Of a DNA stretch of 64,000 nucleotides, positions 10,844 through 26,902 are shown in pieces (position 1 is the stretch's first letter; every line of letters begins with the position of its first letter). The stretch is from positions 320,001 through 384,000 of the forward strand of contig CAWKDB010000002.1 in the NCBI GenBank assembly GCA_963848295.1, given 5' to 3'. The notes under the pieces were generated by a model. It was not told the DNA's origin, did not search any database, and saw only the letters and a list, made by a program, of their open reading frames with translations. The DNA is from an uncultured delta proteobacterium (GTDB taxonomy: Bacteria; Myxococcota_A; Polyangia; Haliangiales; Haliangiaceae). Made by a program: the position numbers and the translations under genes.

Positions 10844-12688
10844 ATGGCCTCGCTGGTGTTCCTTGCAGGTCCGATCGCCGGCCGGCGGTACAGACTCGGC
10901 GAAGGCGAGTACGTGATCGGACGGCGCTCCGACTGCCAGATCTTCGTACCGGACATGCGGGTGTCGCGCCAGCACGCGCGGCTGTGGCGCGACGGCGAGG
11001 GCTGGACGCTCGAGGACCTCGGCTCGAATAACGGCACGTTCATCAACGGCCAGAAGCTGAAGAAGGCGACCGCGATCCGCAACGACGACGAGATCACGAT
11101 CGCGAACAACAAGATCCGGGTCGAGTCGCAGGACTCGTCGGCTGAAGGCCGGTTCCCCGAGGGCAACGTCACGATCGTCGACGTCACCGGGCAATCGCTG
11201 ATCCGGTCGCGCGAGGAGTCCGGCCTGGTCAAGCTGCCGATGGTGTCCTCGGGCTTGCAGAGCCTCGCCGATCAGAAAGCGGTGCGGTTGATCGAGCGCA
11301 AGCTCGATGCGCTGACCCAGATCTTGTCGGCGACCGCGGCGTCTGGTTCCGCGGAGGAGCTGCTGACCAAGCTGGTCGACGCGCTGCTCGAGCTCTATCC
11401 GCAGGCCGACGATGTCGGCGTGCTCGTCGAGGACGAGCGCACCGGCGAGCTTCGGGTTCAAGTCCAGCGCCACCGCCGCGCCCAGACCGGGCCCGACTCC
11501 GGCGGCGACGTCTCGCCGTACGGCGGCGACTTGCGCGTACCGGGCACGATCATCCAACACGTGGTCAGCGATGGCCGCGGCGTGCTGCTCGGCGAAAACG
11601 CCGACGACGAAGAGCCGATCGGCACGCGCATGGGCGCACCGATCATCTACGGCGGCGCGCACTACGGCGTGGTCTACGTCGAGAGCATGACCCAGTCGTT
11701 CCGACAGGAAGACGTCGATCTGCTCCAGACCATCGCGAACCAAGCCGGGTTGGCGATCCATGCCACGCGCGTCGCGGTGCAGCTCGCCCGGCGAGAGCAG
11801 CTCGATCGCGATCTGCGCGTCGCTCGCCAGATCCAGCGCAGCTTGTTGCCGGCGAACGTGCCGCAGGTCGTGGGCCTCGACTTCGCGGTCCACTACGAGC
11901 CCGCGTATCAGATCGGCGGCGACTTCTACGACTTCATCTGGCACGACCCGTCGCACTTGGGTCTCGCGGTCGGCGATGTCGCCGGCAAAGCGATCAGCGC
12001 GGCGCTGTACATGGCGCGGTTGACCTCGGAGCTGCGGTCGCGCGCCGCGATCGCGCGGACGCCCGCGCGACTGCTCCGTCGCGTCAACAGCGAGATCGCG
12101 TCGCTCGGCGACGACGGCATGTTCGCGACGCTCGTCTACCTGATCTACGACCTCGAGAACCGCAGCCTCGTGTTCACGAACGCCGGCCACTGCGTGCCGC
12201 TGTTGCGCCGCGGCGACCGCGTGTTCCCGCTCCAAGCCGAGCGCGCGAGCACCCCGCCGCTCGGGGTGACCGCCGAGCTCGAAGCGGGTGAAGCGCGCGT
12301 CCAGCTCCACTCCGGCGACATGCTGATCATCGTGTCGGATGGCATCATCGAAGCGCGCGATATTCACGGCAAAGAGTACGGGCTGACGCGGCTCTCGCGG
12401 CGGATCCGGACCGCGCGCGGCGCGACCGAAGACGTCATCAAGGCGATCCTGGCGGACATCGACTCGCACTGCGGCGATCAAGCCCAAGGCGACGACATGA
12501 CGATCGTCGCGATGGCGATCGACCAGCGCCGCGCCAAGCGCAAGACCACGACCCTGCCCGGCGTCGTCCCGGCCGAGACCTCCCGACCCGCGCGGCTGTC
12601 GACCGAAGGCGGCACGCCGAACGACACCTCGCGGATGGGCCACGAAGGAATTCACGGGGTTCCACCCGGCCCCGACGAACAAGACTGA
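10844..12688 (+). CDS. FHA-GAF-SpoIIE (PP2C-type) Ser/Thr phosphatase
   Basis: FHA: IGR, VSRQHA, LEDLGSNNGTFING. GAF-like middle. PP2C: GGDFYD, VGDVAGK, NAGH, SDGIIE, DDMT. Confidence 0.9.
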   Translation: MASLVFLAGPIAGRRYRLGEGEYVIGRRSDCQIFVPDMRVSRQHARLWRDGEGWTLEDLGSNNGTFINGQKLKKATAIRNDDEITIANNKIRVESQDSSAEGRFPEGNVTIVDVTGQSLIRSREESGLVKLPMVSSGLQSLADQKAVRLIERKLDALTQILSATAASGSAEELLTKLVDALLELYPQADDVGVLVEDERTGELRVQVQRHRRAQTGPDSGGDVSPYGGDLRVPGTIIQHVVSDGRGVLLGENADDEEPIGTRMGAPIIYGGAHYGVVYVESMTQSFRQEDVDLLQTIANQAGLAIHATRVAVQLARREQLDRDLRVARQIQRSLLPANVPQVVGLDFAVHYEPAYQIGGDFYDFIWHDPSHLGLAVGDVAGKAISAALYMARLTSELRSRAAIARTPARLLRRVNSEIASLGDDGMFATLVYLIYDLENRSLVFTNAGHCVPLLRRGDRVFPLQAERASTPPLGVTAELEAGEARVQLHSGDMLIIVSDGIIEARDIHGKEYGLTRLSRRIRTARGATEDVIKAILADIDSHCGDQAQGDDMTIVAMAIDQRRAKRKTTTLPGVVPAETSRPARLSTEGGTPNDTSRMGHEGIHGVPPGPDEQD

Positions 12689-12784
12689 GCGCCCGTCGCG
12701 GCAAAGTCTCGGCTTTCGGAGGGAGACAACGCTTGCCAAGCCCGCGAGCGCCGTGGCATACAACGCGTCCCCGGAGCTACTGCC

Positions 12785-12958
12785 ATGGCGAAAAAAGGGA
12801 AATCGGGCCGCGAGCTCATCCGTCTGGTGTCGACCGCCGATACCGGCTTCTTCTACACCACGTCGAAGAACCGCAAGCGGACGCCCGACAAGCTCGTGCT
12901 CAAGAAGTACGACCCGGTCGTGCGTCGGCACGTCGAGTTCAAAGAGTCGAAGATCTAG
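12785..12958 (+). CDS. rpmG: 50S ribosomal protein L33, Cys-free form (absent from the ORF track because it is 57 aa)
   Basis: Manual translation: [57 protein letters not shown]. Confidence 0.95.
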   Translation: MAKKGKSGRELIRLVSTADTGFFYTTSKNRKRTPDKLVLKKYDPVVRRHVEFKESKI

Positions 12959-12967
12959 GAGCTGGCG

Positions 12968-13204
12968 ATGTCGCGCGTTTGCCAAGTCACCGGGAAGAAG
13001 CCGCTCGTCGGCAACAACGTCTCGCACTCGAACCGCCACACGAAGCGCCGGTTCGAGATCAACCTCAAGGACAAGCGGTTCTGGGTCGAAGACGAGAAGC
13101 GCTGGGTCACGATTCGGATCTCGGCGCGCGGTATGCGCCTGATCGACAAGCTCGGCTTGCCCGCGGTGATCGCCGAGATGCGGTCGCGCGGCGAGAAGTT
13201 CTAA
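12968..13204 (+). CDS. rpmB: 50S ribosomal protein L28
   Basis: [36 protein letters not shown] Shine-Dalgarno upstream. Confidence 0.95.
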   Translation: MSRVCQVTGKKPLVGNNVSHSNRHTKRRFEINLKDKRFWVEDEKRWVTIRISARGMRLIDKLGLPAVIAEMRSRGEKF

Positions 13205-13215
13205 CGCCGCCCGCG

Positions 13216-14511
13216 ATGCGGTTCGCGGCGGCAGCGCTCGCGATCGCCGCGTGTCACTCCCCGGAGCATCCGCGGTCACAAGCCGTCGGGCAGACGCTCG
13301 ACGTCAGCGCCGGCGGAGCCTTGCGCGGCGTCGCAGGCGATCACGGCGGCGCGCGGCTCTTCACGGCGATCGCGGCGCCCGGTCATACGACGGTCGTCGC
13401 CCGCACGAACGGCGCGATCAGCTGGTCGGCCGACGTGCCCGGCGGCGGAGGCCCGATCGCCGCGAGTCACGGGCTCGTCATCGTCACGACCAGCGCCACC
13501 GGCGGGATCTCGATCGCCGGTGTCCCGCGGGTGCTGCGCGGCGATCCGGGCATCGTCGCGATCGCGCTCGACGCCGGCACCGGTGCGATCAAGTGGGTGC
13601 TACCCGTCGATTCTGGCGAGTGGGCGGTCGCGAGCGCGATCGCCGCGACCGGCGACGGCGTCGTGATCGGCGGATCGTTCAGCGGCACGCTGCGCGCCGG
13701 CGCGAAGGTCGTGACGAGCGCGGGCACCGCGGACGGCTTCGTCGTCAAGCTCGGTGCGGGCGGTGCGGTCGATTGGCTCGTCAGGATGGGCGGGCCCGGC
13801 GGCGATGCGATCACCGGTGTCGCGGCGCGCGGCGATCGCATCGCGATCGCAGGAACGTTCGGGATGGACGCCGACCTGTTCGGCCAGCGGCTCGTCCAGA
13901 TCGACGACCGCTCGCCGCTCGCCGACGGCTTCGTCGCCGAGCTCGATGTCGCCGGCGCCTTGAGCTGGGTCAAGACGTTCGGTGGCCACTACGACGAAGC
14001 AGTCGCCGGCGTCGCGATCGACAACAGCGGACGCGTCGCGGTCGCGTCGAGTGCACGCGGCAAGCTCGCGGTCGGCGGCACCGAGCTGTCCGCGCAAGGT
14101 GCCGGCGATGGCCTGGTCGCGTGGTTCGGCAGCGACGGCGCGGTAGGCGGCGCGACGTTGATCGGCGGCGCCGACTTCGATGGCCTGCGCGCGATCTGCG
14201 CACCCGAAGACGTGAGCGGCGTGGTCGTCGGCGGGTTCTTCTCCGGCTCGATCACGCTCGGCGGCCGCAAGCTCGACGCCGCCGGCGGCGATGACGCCTT
14301 CCTCGCCGCGCTCGACAGCGAGGGCGTGGTCACCGCGGTGTGGCCGGTGAGCGGGCCCGGGCGCGAAGAGATCGTCGCGCTCGCGCCACTCGCCGGCGGT
14401 TTCGTCGCGGGTATCGCGCACACCGCCGCCGTCACGATCGATCGCGCCGCCCTGCCCGCACCCGCCGATCCGATGACCGGCGCCGCGATCGCCGTGCGCG
14501 CCGCGCCTTAG
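13216..14511 (+). CDS. Putative lipoprotein with beta-propeller-like repeats
   Basis: LAIAAC lipobox; repeated G.F.G....G ... DGFV/DAFL ... W...GG units. Confidence 0.7.
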   Translation: MRFAAAALAIAACHSPEHPRSQAVGQTLDVSAGGALRGVAGDHGGARLFTAIAAPGHTTVVARTNGAISWSADVPGGGGPIAASHGLVIVTTSATGGISIAGVPRVLRGDPGIVAIALDAGTGAIKWVLPVDSGEWAVASAIAATGDGVVIGGSFSGTLRAGAKVVTSAGTADGFVVKLGAGGAVDWLVRMGGPGGDAITGVAARGDRIAIAGTFGMDADLFGQRLVQIDDRSPLADGFVAELDVAGALSWVKTFGGHYDEAVAGVAIDNSGRVAVASSARGKLAVGGTELSAQGAGDGLVAWFGSDGAVGGATLIGGADFDGLRAICAPEDVSGVVVGGFFSGSITLGGRKLDAAGGDDAFLAALDSEGVVTAVWPVSGPGREEIVALAPLAGGFVAGIAHTAAVTIDRAALPAPADPMTGAAIAVRAAP

Positions 14512-14515
14512 CCCA

Positions 14516-15748
14516 TCACGCTTCGAGCAACATCCGGTCGGGCGCTTCGAGCCGATCCTTGACCGCGACGAGGAACGACACCGCCTCGCGACCGTCGACG
14601 ACGCGGTGGTCGTAGCTCAGCGCCACGTACATCATCGGGCGGACCTTGATCTCGTCGCCGATCACGACCGCGCGCTTGACGATGTTGTGCATGCCGAGGA
14701 TGCCGGTCTGCGGGTAGTTGAGCAGCGGCGTCGACATCATCGAACCGTAGATGCCGCCGTTCGTGATGCTGAACGTCCCGCCGGTGAGATCCGGCAGCGC
14801 CAGCTTCGCGTTGCGCGCGCGGTCCGCGAGCTCCAGGATGCCGGCTTCGATCTCGGCGAACGTGCGCTGGTCGCAATCGCGCAGCACCGGGACGACGAGG
14901 CCCTTCGGCGCCGACACCGCGATGCCGAAATCGTAATGCTTCTTGTAGACGATGCTGCCGGCGACGAGCTCGGCGTTGACGCCGGGGAACAGCTTGCACG
15001 CGGCGACGCAGGCTTTGACGAAGAACGACATGAAGCCGAGCTTGGTGCCGTGGGTCTTCTCGAAGCTGTCTTTGTACCTGGTGCGCAGCTCGATGATCTG
15101 CGTCATGTCGACTTCGTTGAACGTCGTCAGCGACGCCGACTCGTGCTGCGCCTGGACCAGGCGCTCGGCCACGCGCTTGCGCAGCGGCGACATCGGCGCG
15201 ATCTCGTCGCGCGGATCGACTTCGGCGAGGCGAGCCTCCGCGCTCGGTCCGGCCGGTGCGGCGCCGGCGTCGGTGCGCGCCGGCAACGAGCCGTGCTCGC
15301 GAGCGGCGAGACGTTGCGAGGGGGTGAGGCGTAGCAGGGCGTCGCGATCGAGCGACTCGCCGTTGCCGGTGCTCGGTGCGGCGGCGAGGCTGACTGCCGC
15401 CGGGGACGGCTTCGCGGCTGGCGCCGGGGGCGCGGGCTTCGGTACGGTCGGAGCCGCGGCCGGCTTCGGTGGGGCGGGAGCTGCGGCCGGCTTCGTCGCC
15501 GCCGCGCCGGCCTTGCCCGCGTCGACCTGGCCGATCACCTCGCCGACCTTCACGGTCGCGCCGACCGCGGCGCGCTGAGCGCCCATCGCCCCCGCGACCG
15601 GCGACGGCAGCTGCACCGTGATCTTGTCGGTCTCGAGCTCCGCGACCGGCTCGTCGACCGCCACGGCCTCGCCGCTCTGCTTGAGCCAACGTGACACGAC
15701 TGCCTCGACGATCGATTCGCCGAGCGGGGGCACGACCAGATCAGCCAT
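14516..15748 (-). CDS. sucB: Dihydrolipoyllysine succinyltransferase (E2 of 2-oxoglutarate dehydrogenase)
   Basis: Lipoyl domain ELETDK, LTTFNEVDM, KLGFMSFFVKA, GGTFSITNGG and YDHRVVDG. Confidence 0.95.
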   Translation of the reverse strand: MADLVVPPLGESIVEAVVSRWLKQSGEAVAVDEPVAELETDKITVQLPSPVAGAMGAQRAAVGATVKVGEVIGQVDAGKAGAAATKPAAAPAPPKPAAAPTVPKPAPPAPAAKPSPAAVSLAAAPSTGNGESLDRDALLRLTPSQRLAAREHGSLPARTDAGAAPAGPSAEARLAEVDPRDEIAPMSPLRKRVAERLVQAQHESASLTTFNEVDMTQIIELRTRYKDSFEKTHGTKLGFMSFFVKACVAACKLFPGVNAELVAGSIVYKKHYDFGIAVSAPKGLVVPVLRDCDQRTFAEIEAGILELADRARNAKLALPDLTGGTFSITNGGIYGSMMSTPLLNYPQTGILGMHNIVKRAVVIGDEIKVRPMMYVALSYDHRVVDGREAVSFLVAVKDRLEAPDRMLLEA

Positions 15749-15757
15749 TGCGGCATG

Positions 15758-16732
15758 CTACCGCGGATCGCGAGCGCGCGACCTGATCTCGAAGACATGC
15801 AGTGCGGCGCCGAGCAGACCGTACACGATCATCCGACCGCGGCGCGCGAACGCGAAGGCCAGGCCGAGCGGCCCAGGAAACCCGAGGACCGAAAACAGGT
15901 AGACGGTCGTGCCCTCGAACACGCCGAGCCCGGCCGGAATCGCGAAGCTGATGAACCCGGCGGCGTGATGAAAGCAATAACAGAACACCACCGTGGTCGC
16001 GTCGTGGGGCAAGCCGAGGCCCCACAGCAGCGCGACGAACTCGAGCATCCCGACGAACCGCGACAGCGCGTACCACAGCAACAGGTGCGCGAGTCGACCG
16101 GCGGGCAGCGGCAACAGCTCGGCGTCGCCGGTCGCGCCGAGCCAGCGGCCGAGCGTGCGCCCGAGCTTGCCTGGCAACGGGGTCAACACGAGTACGAAGC
16201 TCGCGAGCCCGGCGGCCGCACCGATCGCGACATAGGTGACGAGCCCGGCGCGCAGCGCCGACGGCAACGCGAACCGCGACAGTCCCCACGCGAGCCCGCC
16301 GGCGGTGACGACCAAGCCGACGCCGTTCTCGATCACGCGATCGCGGATCAGCGCGGTCACGGCACGGTCGACCGGCACGCTCGCGCTCAGCTGGCGGACC
16401 TTGAACGGCTCGCCGCCCACGCCTGCGGCTGGCAACAGGGAGTTATAGCCGTCGCCGATCAGCCGGATCACGACCAGCGCTCGAAACCCGATCGCGTCGT
16501 CCAGCAGGAGCTGGAGCGCGCGCGTGTTGACGAGCGTCCAGCCGAACGCGACGACCAGCGTCAGCGCGAACGCCGGACCGACGATCGCGCAGGCGTCGGC
16601 GATGTCGCCGAGGGAATAGCGCGACACGACAAAGACCAGCAGGCCGACGCCGAAGACGAGGAGGGCGCGATCGATCCAGCGCTTCGCTCCGTGTCGCGAC
16701 CCGATCGGCTCTTTGTTAGCGGTCAAGGACAA
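15758..16732 (-). CDS. Lysylphosphatidylglycerol-synthase TM (flippase-like) family membrane protein; start uncertain
   Basis: NSLLPAAGVGGEP and IPAGLGVFEG motifs; several hydrophobic helices. Confidence 0.75.
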   Translation of the reverse strand: MSLTANKEPIGSRHGAKRWIDRALLVFGVGLLVFVVSRYSLGDIADACAIVGPAFALTLVVAFGWTLVNTRALQLLLDDAIGFRALVVIRLIGDGYNSLLPAAGVGGEPFKVRQLSASVPVDRAVTALIRDRVIENGVGLVVTAGGLAWGLSRFALPSALRAGLVTYVAIGAAAGLASFVLVLTPLPGKLGRTLGRWLGATGDAELLPLPAGRLAHLLLWYALSRFVGMLEFVALLWGLGLPHDATTVVFCYCFHHAAGFISFAIPAGLGVFEGTTVYLFSVLGFPGPLGLAFAFARRGRMIVYGLLGAALHVFEIRSRARDPR

Positions 16733-16770
16733 CGGTGACGGTGGAGTTCACGTTCAGGTCGACGTCAACG

Positions 16771-16776
<6 letters not shown>
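16721..16776 (-). repeat. Hexamer-periodic dispersed repeat, copy A (supplies the sucA stop codon)
   Basis: Minus strand reads GTTGAC GTTGAC GTCGAC CTGAAC GTGAAC TCCACC GTCACC GTTGTC CTTGAC; closely matches copy B. Confidence 0.85.
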
Positions 16777-19689
<2,913 letters not shown>

Positions 19690-19708
19690 GAGCGCTAGGA
19701 TACTCCGA

Positions 19709-20356
19709 TCAGCGCGGCGCGGCCTTCGCGCGCAGCGCGTCGACGACATCGGCCCCCAACTTCGGCGCGTCGATTCGGACGCTCGCGGCACGGACGAGCT
19801 TCGGGAGCTCGACGATCGTCAGCTTCGGTTGCGCGTCGATCACGAGCTCGTGATCGATGGATTCCAGCTGCGACGCGTCGATCATCTCGAGATCGTAGTT
19901 GTCGGTGACGACGAGCGATCCGGGCAGCGTGCGCAGCCCCGGCACGATCAGGGCGGTCAACGCCACGTTGTTCTCGACATCGATCCGACCCGCGCGTTCG
20001 AGCAACGGCAAGAACAGCCCGCTCAACGAGCCGTTGCCGATGACCTCGACCGCGCCGCCGACCGACCGAAGATTGTACAACGCGACCTCGTCGATGCCGA
20101 CCGTCGGGCCGACCACGAGGTCGCCGGAGATCTCGACGAGCCCGCGCAGCGGCGACGTATCGAGCGTCGCACCCGTACGGATCACGACGCTCCTCGCCGA
20201 CTTGCAGATCGCGAACGCGGTGACGTCGGCTTGGCTCGCGAGCACGACCGTGCGGTCGGCCGCACAGCGCGCCGGATCCGGGCCACGGACCCAGAAGCAC
20301 CCGGCGAGGCCGAGGACGAGGACCACGATGGCCGCGGTTGGATCGCCCCGCTTCAT
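19709..20356 (-). CDS. Putative lipoprotein with receptor-L-domain-like solenoid repeats
   Basis: LGLAGC lipobox; repeated L..L..V.G.L.V..N..L units; ATGA overlap with the pdxJ stop. Confidence 0.65.
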   Translation of the reverse strand: MKRGDPTAAIVVLVLGLAGCFWVRGPDPARCAADRTVVLASQADVTAFAICKSARSVVIRTGATLDTSPLRGLVEISGDLVVGPTVGIDEVALYNLRSVGGAVEVIGNGSLSGLFLPLLERAGRIDVENNVALTALIVPGLRTLPGSLVVTDNYDLEMIDASQLESIDHELVIDAQPKLTIVELPKLVRAASVRIDAPKLGADVVDALRAKAAPR

Positions 20357-21111
20357 TTCGTGACGGGCGCGTCGACCGCTTCGCCGTTGCACGCGCGGAC
20401 GTAGCGCCGGACCGCTTCGGCGAGCCCGAGATAGAGCGCATCGGCGAGCAGCGCGTGACCGATCGAGGCCTCGGCGATCTGGGGCACTTCGCGCGCGAGC
20501 AGCGGCAGGTTGCGCAAGTCGAGATCGTGGCCGGCGTTGACCGCCATGCCGCACTCGACCGCGGCCTTCGCGGTCTCCCGCACGCGGTCGAGCTCGATCT
20601 TGAGCTGCGGGGTCCGCCACGCCGCCGCGTACGGCTCGGTATAGATCTCGATGCGATCGGCGCCGGTCGCCGCCGCTGCCGGCATCATCGCCGGGTCGGG
20701 ATCGACGAAGATCGCGGTGCGAATCCCGCGCGCCTTGAGCCGCGCGACGATCGGCGCGACCACCGCGTGTTGCGCCGGCAAGTCCCAACCGTGATTGCTC
20801 GTGACCTCGCCGGGCACGACCGGCACGAGCGTGAACTGGGTGACGAGCAACTCCTCGGCGAGCGCGATCAGCTCCGGGCGTTCGTCGCCTTCGAGGTTGA
20901 GCTCGGCGCCGCGGTCCTTGCACAGCTGGCGCAGCACGCGCACATCGTCGGCCTTCGCGTGGCGATTGTCGGCGCGCCAATGCAGCGTTAACCCGGAGGC
21001 GCCCGCGTCGAGGCACGCGATGCCGGCGAGTCGCGGCGACGGATTGATCCCGCCGCGCGAGTTACGGAGCAACGCGACCTTGTTGAGATTGACCGACAGC
21101 CGGATCGGCAC
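20353..21111 (-). CDS. pdxJ: Pyridoxine 5'-phosphate synthase
   Basis: [44 protein letters not shown] and SIGHAL. Confidence 0.95.
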   Translation of the reverse strand: MPIRLSVNLNKVALLRNSRGGINPSPRLAGIACLDAGASGLTLHWRADNRHAKADDVRVLRQLCKDRGAELNLEGDERPELIALAEELLVTQFTLVPVVPGEVTSNHGWDLPAQHAVVAPIVARLKARGIRTAIFVDPDPAMMPAAAATGADRIEIYTEPYAAAWRTPQLKIELDRVRETAKAAVECGMAVNAGHDLDLRNLPLLAREVPQIAEASIGHALLADALYLGLAEAVRRYVRACNGEAVDAPVTK

Positions 21112-21124
21112 GCGCCGATCTGTA

Positions 21125-21862
21125 TCACGCCTTGGCGTCGGAGCCGGCGGGCAGCGCGCGCAGCGCCGGCGGCGCGAGCACGCCGAGCACGAGCGCGACC
21201 GTGCTGGCGCCGAGCGTCGCATACGCGCCCCACGACAACACCGCGGTCAGCGCCGAGCCGAGATAAATGAGGATGCCGGCGAGCACGAGGCCACCGGCGA
21301 GGCCGGCGAGCTGCTTGCCTTTGGCCGAGCGGCTCGCGGCGAGGCCGACGACAGCGCCGATCGGCACGAGCCAGAGCGCGTACATCATCACGCCGAACGC
21401 CGACGCCATCTCGCGCTTGTCCGAGTCGAGCAGCGAGCGGAACATCGAATCGGAGTCCCACGGCGCGACGAACCCGGCGAGCACGACGAGCCCGCCGAGC
21501 GCGCGCAGGCTGGCGTAGCGTTGCGAGGTGCCGGCGAGCATCGCGGCGGCACCGCCCAGCACGAGCCAGGTCGCGAGATCCGCGTCGAGCATCGCGTGCG
21601 TCGACTTGAGCAGGACATCGCCGCACACGAGCAAGCCGGCGACGATCGCCGCGAGCCGCGCGTACTCGGTGCGCGCGGCGCCGAGCAAGGCGACGCCCGA
21701 CAGCGGCACGAGGAACAGCCAGTGGTTGTCGTCCCAGGCGATGCCGAGCCCGGTCGCGGAGTGGCCGAAGATACTCACCCACGGCAAGAAGAACGCGATA
21801 AGGAGAACCGCCCCTGCGCTCGATAGCGCGCCTTCGGCCCACGGCGCCATGCGTTTTTCCAT
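21125..21862 (-). CDS. Integral membrane protein with an internal duplication
   Basis: Two similar halves (FFLPW...WLFLVPL and FVAPW...ALWLVPI); hydrophobic throughout. Confidence 0.7.
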   Translation of the reverse strand: MEKRMAPWAEGALSSAGAVLLIAFFLPWVSIFGHSATGLGIAWDDNHWLFLVPLSGVALLGAARTEYARLAAIVAGLLVCGDVLLKSTHAMLDADLATWLVLGGAAAMLAGTSQRYASLRALGGLVVLAGFVAPWDSDSMFRSLLDSDKREMASAFGVMMYALWLVPIGAVVGLAASRSAKGKQLAGLAGGLVLAGILIYLGSALTAVLSWGAYATLGASTVALVLGVLAPPALRALPAGSDAKA

Positions 21863-21940
21863 GGCCTCGACGCTACCAGACCGCGGCCGGCGTGCCAGCG
21901 GCAACGCCGAACGAGCGCGACAAATGGCGCGATCTATTTG

Positions 21941-23155
21941 TTACGGCGCGATCGGCGTGATCACGATCTTGCCGGTCCCCGTCTGCACTCCCGGTGTCAT
22001 CATGATCGTGGTGAGCGTGCCGGTCCACGACGAGCCGCCACCGCCACCACCACCGCCGCAGTAGCCGAGCGACGAGCCGCCGCCGCCGAAGTAGCCACCG
22101 CCGCCGCCCGCCGTGCCGCCGTCCGTCTCGAAGCACACCGGCTCGATCGCTTCCTGCCCCGGGTCGCCCGCGCCACCTTGACCGAGCACGCCCGCGGTCG
22201 CACACGTCGACGGCGGGTGATAGGTCTCGCATGACGGCGCGCCGCCACTCGTCGCGCCGCCGCCACCGCCACCGCCCGCGTGGGGTGCGGTCGTCGCGGT
22301 ACCACCCAAGTTTCCACCCGGGAGGCCGTTCGCGCCGGCATACCCAGCGCCGCCCGCGCCGCCGCAGTAGTTGGTGCCGCACGTGCCGCCGCCACCCGCG
22401 CCGCCGATGTAGTCGCCCGGCGCGTCACCGACGCCGCCGGCGCCACCGCCACCCGCGACGATCACGCGCGTCGAGATATCAGCCGCGGTCCGCACGTCCG
22501 AAGCGTCGCCGCCGTTCGGCACCGGGGCGCTCAGCGTCACGCCGGCGCCGCCGCCGTTCCACCGCGCTTGACCGCCGACGTACGCGAGCAGCTGCTCGCC
22601 AGGAGTCACCGCCATCACGCCGGACGCATAGCCTCCGAGCCCGCCGGCGGTCGCGCCCTTGAAGTCGACGCCGGCCGCGCCCCAGGCTTCGATCTTGATC
22701 GAGTGCGTCTGGCCGGGAACCGTATAGGTCTGCGGCGCGCCGGTGTACGTGAACATCTGCGGCCCCGCGGTGAACGTCGCGGTGACCGTCGTCGGCCCGT
22801 TCATGGTCACGACGCACGTCGTCGCGCCGCTGCAGGCGCCCGACCAGCCGACAAACGTAGAGCCCGCGACCGGCTGCACGTCGAGCGTGACCATCGCGCC
22901 GTCGTCGTAGCTCGCGGTGCACGTCGCACCACATGCGATGTCGCCGTCGGTGGAGCTGATCACGCCGTCGCCCGTACCGGCCTTCACGACCGTGAGCCCG
23001 GCCTCGGTCGGCCCGGAATCCCCGCCACCACCGCCGCCGCCGCCACCACCACCGCCCCCGCCGCCCGTATCGGGGCCAATCGCACTGCCCTTCGCACACG
23101 CGGCGAAGCCGAGGCAAAGCGCGAGGCGCGCGATGTGAGATTGCAACAAGTCCAT
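21941..23155 (-). CDS. Putative lipoprotein: poly-Gly linker, InlB-B-repeat-like domain and glycine-rich domain
   Basis: LGFAAC lipobox; GS.FVGWSGACSG...C.VTM.....VTATF; F.YTG..QTY.VP; EAWGAAG; many GGGG runs. Alternative start at 23176. Confidence 0.7.
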   Translation of the reverse strand: MDLLQSHIARLALCLGFAACAKGSAIGPDTGGGGGGGGGGGGGGGDSGPTEAGLTVVKAGTGDGVISSTDGDIACGATCTASYDDGAMVTLDVQPVAGSTFVGWSGACSGATTCVVTMNGPTTVTATFTAGPQMFTYTGAPQTYTVPGQTHSIKIEAWGAAGVDFKGATAGGLGGYASGVMAVTPGEQLLAYVGGQARWNGGGAGVTLSAPVPNGGDASDVRTAADISTRVIVAGGGGAGGVGDAPGDYIGGAGGGGTCGTNYCGGAGGAGYAGANGLPGGNLGGTATTAPHAGGGGGGGATSGGAPSCETYHPPSTCATAGVLGQGGAGDPGQEAIEPVCFETDGGTAGGGGGYFGGGGSSLGYCGGGGGGGGSSWTGTLTTIMMTPGVQTGTGKIVITPIAP

Positions 23156-23214
23156 CACCCCGACCGTGACCGCCATCCTACCGTAACCGCCCGGGCGGCC
23201 GGGAGGGGATCGAC

Positions 23215-26145
<2,931 letters not shown>

Positions 26146-26177
26146 GGCGGACCCGCGTTGCTACCGCACAAGTCGGA

Positions 26178-26834
26178 TCAATGCACGCACAGCAACGCGA
26201 TCGTCCATGACGGGTCCGGCGGTGTGCCGTCGGGCCACCACTCGGTCGTCACCGCGCAACTGTCGGCCTGCGATACGTCGGTCGCGATCCGATACATGCC
26301 GGGGGTGGTCGGCGCGGTCATCGCGAACCCGGTGACCGTGCCGGTGACGCCGTTGACGTGGTTGACCGTGCCGTCATAGCCGCAGCCTCGGCGGCCGCCG
26401 GTCATGTCGTAGCCGATCTCGATCTGATCGATGCAGTTGCCGCTGCACCGGTCTTCGTCGAGCACGTAGTGGAACCCGACCGCGAGGTCGGCCCCGGGCG
26501 TCGCGCTCACGAGCTGGCCCTGGGTCGACACGTCGATCGCGGACAGCGTGATCGTCATCGCCGTGCCGTCGTTGCCGGCGCGGGTCTCCATGATCGTCAG
26601 GCCGGGCGGCGTTGGGCTCGGGCCGCACAACCAGTCGTCGACGTCATCGCACACGCCGTCGCCATCGACGTCGACGCAGGCATCGGGCGGCACGAACGCG
26701 TCGGGCGTCGCGCTGCCGCTGTCGCTCCCCTGCGGTCGAGCGTCGAGCGTGCCTGGGCTGCTGTCGATCGCCTGCGAACCGTTGCGCGTGAATCCGCAGG
26801 CGGTGACGAAGACCATCGCGACGAGCCAGCGCAC
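26178..26834 (-). CDS. Putative lipoprotein with a D.DGDG Ca-binding-like motif
   Basis: FVTAC lipobox; CVDVDGDGVCD; TAGGCT 6 nt before the GTG start. Confidence 0.65.
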   Translation of the reverse strand: MRWLVAMVFVTACGFTRNGSQAIDSSPGTLDARPQGSDSGSATPDAFVPPDACVDVDGDGVCDDVDDWLCGPSPTPPGLTIMETRAGNDGTAMTITLSAIDVSTQGQLVSATPGADLAVGFHYVLDEDRCSGNCIDQIEIGYDMTGGRRGCGYDGTVNHVNGVTGTVTGFAMTAPTTPGMYRIATDVSQADSCAVTTEWWPDGTPPDPSWTIALLCVH

Positions 26835-26902
26835 CGATCCAGCCTACACCGGGGCGGAACGGCCCTGGGCTTTTTCCCGGGGCGGCGCTACGGTCCCCGA
26901 CG

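Noticed and set aside
1589..13279. Very long ORFs antisense to real genes (e.g. 1589-3892, 5554-8715, 9887-13279, and similar ones later in the window)
   Set aside because: Shadow ORFs expected in high-GC DNA; they are Arg/Ala-rich and lack motifs, while the opposite strand has clear family signatures.
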